The position numbers and the translations under genes were made by a program. DNA of 11,560 nt from a virus (Duplodnaviria; Heunggongvirae; Uroviricota; Caudoviricetes), in IMG/VR virus record IMGVR_UViG_2693429774_000009, positions 1-11,560 of that record. One strand, 5' to 3'. Below the pieces are notes generated by a model. The model was not told the DNA's origin. It saw nothing but the letters and a program-made list of their open reading frames with translations, and searched no databases. Positions 8,509-11,560 of the stretch are shown here, piece after piece (position 1 is the stretch's first letter; every line of letters starts with the position of its first letter).

Positions 8509-8513
8509 AACGG

Positions 8514-9299
8514 ATGAGTACAGCACTCGCAACGCTGGCAGGGAAGCTGGCTGAACGTGTCGGCATGGATTCTGTCGACCCACAGGAACTGATCACCACT
8601 CTTCGCCAGACGGCATTTAAAGGCGATGCCAGCGATGCGCAGTTCATCGCATTGTTGATCGTCGCCAACCAGTACGGCCTTAATCCGTGGACGAAAGAAA
8701 TTTACGCCTTCCCTGATAAGCAGAACGGCATCGTTCCGGTGGTGGGCGTTGATGGCTGGTCCCGCATCATCAATGAAAACCAGCAGTTTGATGGCATGGA
8801 CTTTGAGCAGGACAATGAATCCTGTACATGCCGGATTTACCGCAAGGACCGTAATCATCCGATCTGCGTTACCGAATGGATGGATGAATGCCGCCGCGAA
8901 CCATTCAAAACCCGCGAAGGCAGAGAAATCACGGGGCCGTGGCAGTCGCATCCTAAACGGATGTTACGGCATAAAGCTATGATTCAGTGTGCCCGTCTGG
9001 CCTTCGGATTTGCTGGTATCTATGACAAGGATGAAGCCGAGCGCATTGTCGAAAATACTGCATACACTGCAGAACGCCAGCCGGAACGCGACATCACTCC
9101 GGTTAACGATGAAACCATGCAGGAGATTAACACTCTGCTAATCGCCCTGGATAAAACATGGGATGACGACTTATTGCCGCTCTGTTCCCAGATATTTCGC
9201 CGCGACATTCGCGCATCGTCAGAACTGACACAGGCCGAAGCAGTGAAAGCTCTTGGATTCCTGAAACAGAAAGCCACTGAGCAGAAGGTGGCAGCATGA
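8514..9299 (+). CDS. bet: Bet (Red-beta single-strand annealing protein, 261 aa)
   Basis: [72 protein letters not shown]... matches lambda Bet. Confidence 0.95.
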   Translation: MSTALATLAGKLAERVGMDSVDPQELITTLRQTAFKGDASDAQFIALLIVANQYGLNPWTKEIYAFPDKQNGIVPVVGVDGWSRIINENQQFDGMDFEQDNESCTCRIYRKDRNHPICVTEWMDECRREPFKTREGREITGPWQSHPKRMLRHKAMIQCARLAFGFAGIYDKDEAERIVENTAYTAERQPERDITPVNDETMQEINTLLIALDKTWDDDLLPLCSQIFRRDIRASSELTQAEAVKALGFLKQKATEQKVAA

Positions 9300-9976
9300 C
9301 ACCGGACATTATCCTGCAGCGTACCGGGATCGACGTGAGAGCTGTCGAACAGGGGGATGATGCGTGGCACAAATTACGGCTCGGCGTCATCACAGCTTCA
9401 GAAGTTCATAACGTAATAGCAAAACCCCGCTCCGGAAAAAAGTGGCCTGACATGAAAATGTCCTACTTCCACACCCTGCTTGCTGAGGTTTGCACCGGTG
9501 TGGCTCCGGAAGTTAACGCTAAAGCGCTGGCCTGGGGAAAACAGTACGAGAACGACGCCAGAGCCCTGTTTGAGTTCACTTCCGGCGTGAATGTTACTGA
9601 ATCACCGATCATCTATCGCGACGAAAGTATGCGTACCGCCTGCTCTCCAGATGGTTTATGCAGTGACGGCAACGGCCTTGAACTGAAATGCCCGTTTACC
9701 TCCCGGGATTTCATGAAGTTCCGGCTCGGTGGTTTCGAGGCCATAAAGTCAGCTTACATGGCCCAGGTGCAGTACAGCATGTGGGTGACGCGAAAAGATG
9801 CCTGGTACTTTGCCAACTATGACCCGCGTATGAAGCGTGAAGGACTGCATTATGTCGTGGTTGAGCGGGATGAAAAGTACATGGCGGGTTTTGACGAGAT
9901 GGTGCCGGAGTTCATCGAAAAAATGGACGAGGCACTGGCTGAAATTGGTTTTGTATTTGGGGAGCAATGGCGATGA
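9296..9976 (+). CDS. exo: Lambda exonuclease (Red-alpha, 226 aa)
   Basis: [65 protein letters not shown]... matches lambda Exo with a few substitutions; 4-nt overlap with bet. Confidence 0.95.
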   Translation: MTPDIILQRTGIDVRAVEQGDDAWHKLRLGVITASEVHNVIAKPRSGKKWPDMKMSYFHTLLAEVCTGVAPEVNAKALAWGKQYENDARALFEFTSGVNVTESPIIYRDESMRTACSPDGLCSDGNGLELKCPFTSRDFMKFRLGGFEAIKSAYMAQVQYSMWVTRKDAWYFANYDPRMKREGLHYVVVERDEKYMAGFDEMVPEFIEKMDEALAEIGFVFGEQWR

Positions 9977-10155
9977 AGCATCCTCACGATAATATCCGGG
10001 TAGGTGCGATCACTTTCGTCTACTCCGTTACAAAGCGAGGCTGGGTATTTCCCGACCTTTCTGTTATCCAAAATCCACTGAAAGCCCAGCGGCTGGCTGA
10101 GGAGATAAATAATAAACGAGGGGCTGTATGCACAAAGCATCTCCTGTTGAGTTAA
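9967..10155 (+). CDS. Small hypothetical protein, lambda orf60a-like (62 aa)
   Basis: ORF overlapping exo stop (ATG...TGA coupling), [62 protein letters not shown]; recalled as the small ORF following exo in lambda, identity not verified. Confidence 0.55.
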   Translation: MAMKHPHDNIRVGAITFVYSVTKRGWVFPDLSVIQNPLKAQRLAEEINNKRGAVCTKHLLLS

Positions 10156-10242
10156 GAACGAGCATTGAGATGGCACATATGGGCGCAGATAGCACATGCA
10201 GACGTAACCAATATTCGAATTGAAGAACTGAAAGAACACCAA

Positions 10243-10262
10243 GCCGCCTGATGGCGGTTTTT
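10243..10262 (+). terminator. Putative rho-independent terminator upstream of xis
   Basis: CCGCC (10243-10247) loop TGAT, GGCGG (10252-10256) followed by TTTTTT. Confidence 0.4.
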
Positions 10263-10290
10263 TCTTGCGTGTAATTGCGGAGACTTTGCG

Positions 10291-10509
10291 ATGTACTTGA
10301 CACTTCAGGAGTGGAACGCACGCCAGCGACGCCCAAGAAGCCTTGAAACAGTTCGTCGATGGGTACGCGAGTGCAGGATATTCCCTCCTCCGGTTAAGGA
10401 TGGAAGAGAGTATCTGTTCCACGAATCAGCGGTAAAGGTTGACTTAAATCGACCAGTAACAGGTAGCCTTTTGAAGAGGATCAGAAATGGGAAGAAGGCG
10501 AAGTCATGA
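10291..10509 (+). CDS. xis: Excisionase Xis (72 aa)
   Basis: MYLTLQEWNARQRRPRSLETVRRWVRECRIFPPPVKDGREYLFHESAVKVDLNRPVTGSLLKRIRNGKKAKS matches lambda Xis; 23-nt overlap with int as in lambda. Confidence 0.93.
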   Translation: MYLTLQEWNARQRRPRSLETVRRWVRECRIFPPPVKDGREYLFHESAVKVDLNRPVTGSLLKRIRNGKKAKS

Positions 10510-11560
10510 GCGCCGGGATTTACCCCCTAACCTTTATATAAGAAACAATGGATATTACTGCTACAGGGACCCAAGGACGGGTAAAGAGTTTGGATTAGGC
10601 CGAGACAGGAGGATAGCAATCACTGAAGCAATACAGGCCAATATTGAGTTACTCTCAGACAGCGGACGCAAATCACTGATAGACAGAATTAAAGGCGGTG
10701 ACGCAATCACTCTTCATGTGTGGCTTGACCGATATGAAACAATCCTCACCGAAAGGGGGATCAGGCCGAAAACTCTACTCGACTACGCCAGCAAAATCAG
10801 GGCAATCCGAAGAAAATTGCCGGACAAACCGCTCACTGACATATCAACGAAAGAAGTGGCAGCAATGCTAAACACCTACGTAGCAGAAGGTAAAGCAGCT
10901 TCCGCAAAATTAATCAGGTCAACCCTTGTTGACGTTTTTCGTGAAGCAATAGCCGAGGGGCATGTGGCAACGAATCCGGTAACAGCAACCCGTACAGCAA
11001 AGTCAGAAGTAAGGCGCTCAAGGCTGACAGCTAATGAGTATGTCGAGATTTACCATGCAGCCGAACCTCTCCCTATCTGGCTAAGGCTGGCGATGGATTT
11101 GGCCGTCGTTACAGGGCAGAGAGTCGGCGATTTGTGCAGAATGAAATGGTCAGACATAAACGACAACCATCTTCACATTAAACAGAGTAAAACAGGGGCT
11201 AAACTCGCCATTCCGCTAACGCTAACGATTGACGCGCTCAATATCTCATTGGCTGATACACTACAGAAATGCAGGGAGGCCAGCAGCAGTGAAACTATAA
11301 TCGCATCAAAGCATCACGATCCGCTTTCCCCGAAAACAGTATCAAAGTATTTTACAAAGGCGAGAAATGCATCTGGCCTCTCATTTGATGGAAACCCGCC
11401 AACATTCCATGAACTGCGTAGCCTGTCAGCGAGGCTATACCGGAACCAGATTGGCGATAAGTTTGCTCAACGTCTTCTCGGGCATAAATCAGATTCAATG
11501 GCGGCGCGGTATAGGGACAGCCGTGGACGGGAATGGGACAAAATTGAAATCGACAAATGA
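10487..11560 (+). CDS. int: Tyrosine integrase Int (357 aa), lambda-family; stop codon is the last triplet of the window
   Basis: MGRRRSHERRDLPPNLYIRNNGYYCYRDPRTGKEFGLGRDRRIAITEAIQANIELL... N-terminal arm-binding domain identical to lambda Int; catalytic motifs (R...HELRSL...LLGH...Y) present; central region diverged from lambda Int. Confidence 0.95.
   Translation: MGRRRSHERRDLPPNLYIRNNGYYCYRDPRTGKEFGLGRDRRIAITEAIQANIELLSDSGRKSLIDRIKGGDAITLHVWLDRYETILTERGIRPKTLLDYASKIRAIRRKLPDKPLTDISTKEVAAMLNTYVAEGKAASAKLIRSTLVDVFREAIAEGHVATNPVTATRTAKSEVRRSRLTANEYVEIYHAAEPLPIWLRLAMDLAVVTGQRVGDLCRMKWSDINDNHLHIKQSKTGAKLAIPLTLTIDALNISLADTLQKCREASSSETIIASKHHDPLSPKTVSKYFTKARNASGLSFDGNPPTFHELRSLSARLYRNQIGDKFAQRLLGHKSDSMAARYRDSRGREWDKIEIDK

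Noticed and set aside
8481-8951. 156-aa minus-strand ORF
   Set aside because: Lies antisense to and wholly within the well-supported bet gene; typical spurious antisense frame.
9850-10422. 190-aa minus-strand ORF (also 9749-9967 and 10064-10336 minus)
   Set aside because: Antisense across the exo, orf60a-like and xis genes and an intergenic terminator; no RBS; lambda has no gene here on this strand.

Overview
The window lies entirely inside a lambda-type prophage carrying the phage-434 immunity region, read in the opposite orientation to the canonical lambda map, and the prophage is visibly defective. Gene order (+ strand coordinates): tail-fibre-like fragment and 5'-truncated Rz/Rz1 (355-1081), an AT-rich late-operon cargo cassette with a 252-aa polytopic membrane protein (about 1082-2510), pR'-like late promoter, Q, an in-frame O-ori::Ser/Thr-phosphatase deletion fusion, a precise 491-bp inversion carrying the 3' end of cII and the 5' end of O (3587-4077), cII 5' fragment, nutR, cro(434), OR1-3, cI(434), an exported 134-aa protein start-overlapping the cI stop, OL/pL, nutL, N, a 293-aa AT-rich ORF where lambda has ral/sieB, ea10, cIII, kil, gam, bet, exo, an orf60a-like ORF, xis and int (ends at the window edge; att lies beyond). 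Gene identities are recognised from memory of lambda and 434 proteins and operator sequences; no database search was possible. The three unrecognised cargo genes sit at classical lambdoid moron/exclusion positions (post-Q, rex, ral/sieB) and are the best candidates for an undescribed function, but their roles are inference only. No rRNA, tRNA or CRISPR array was seen.
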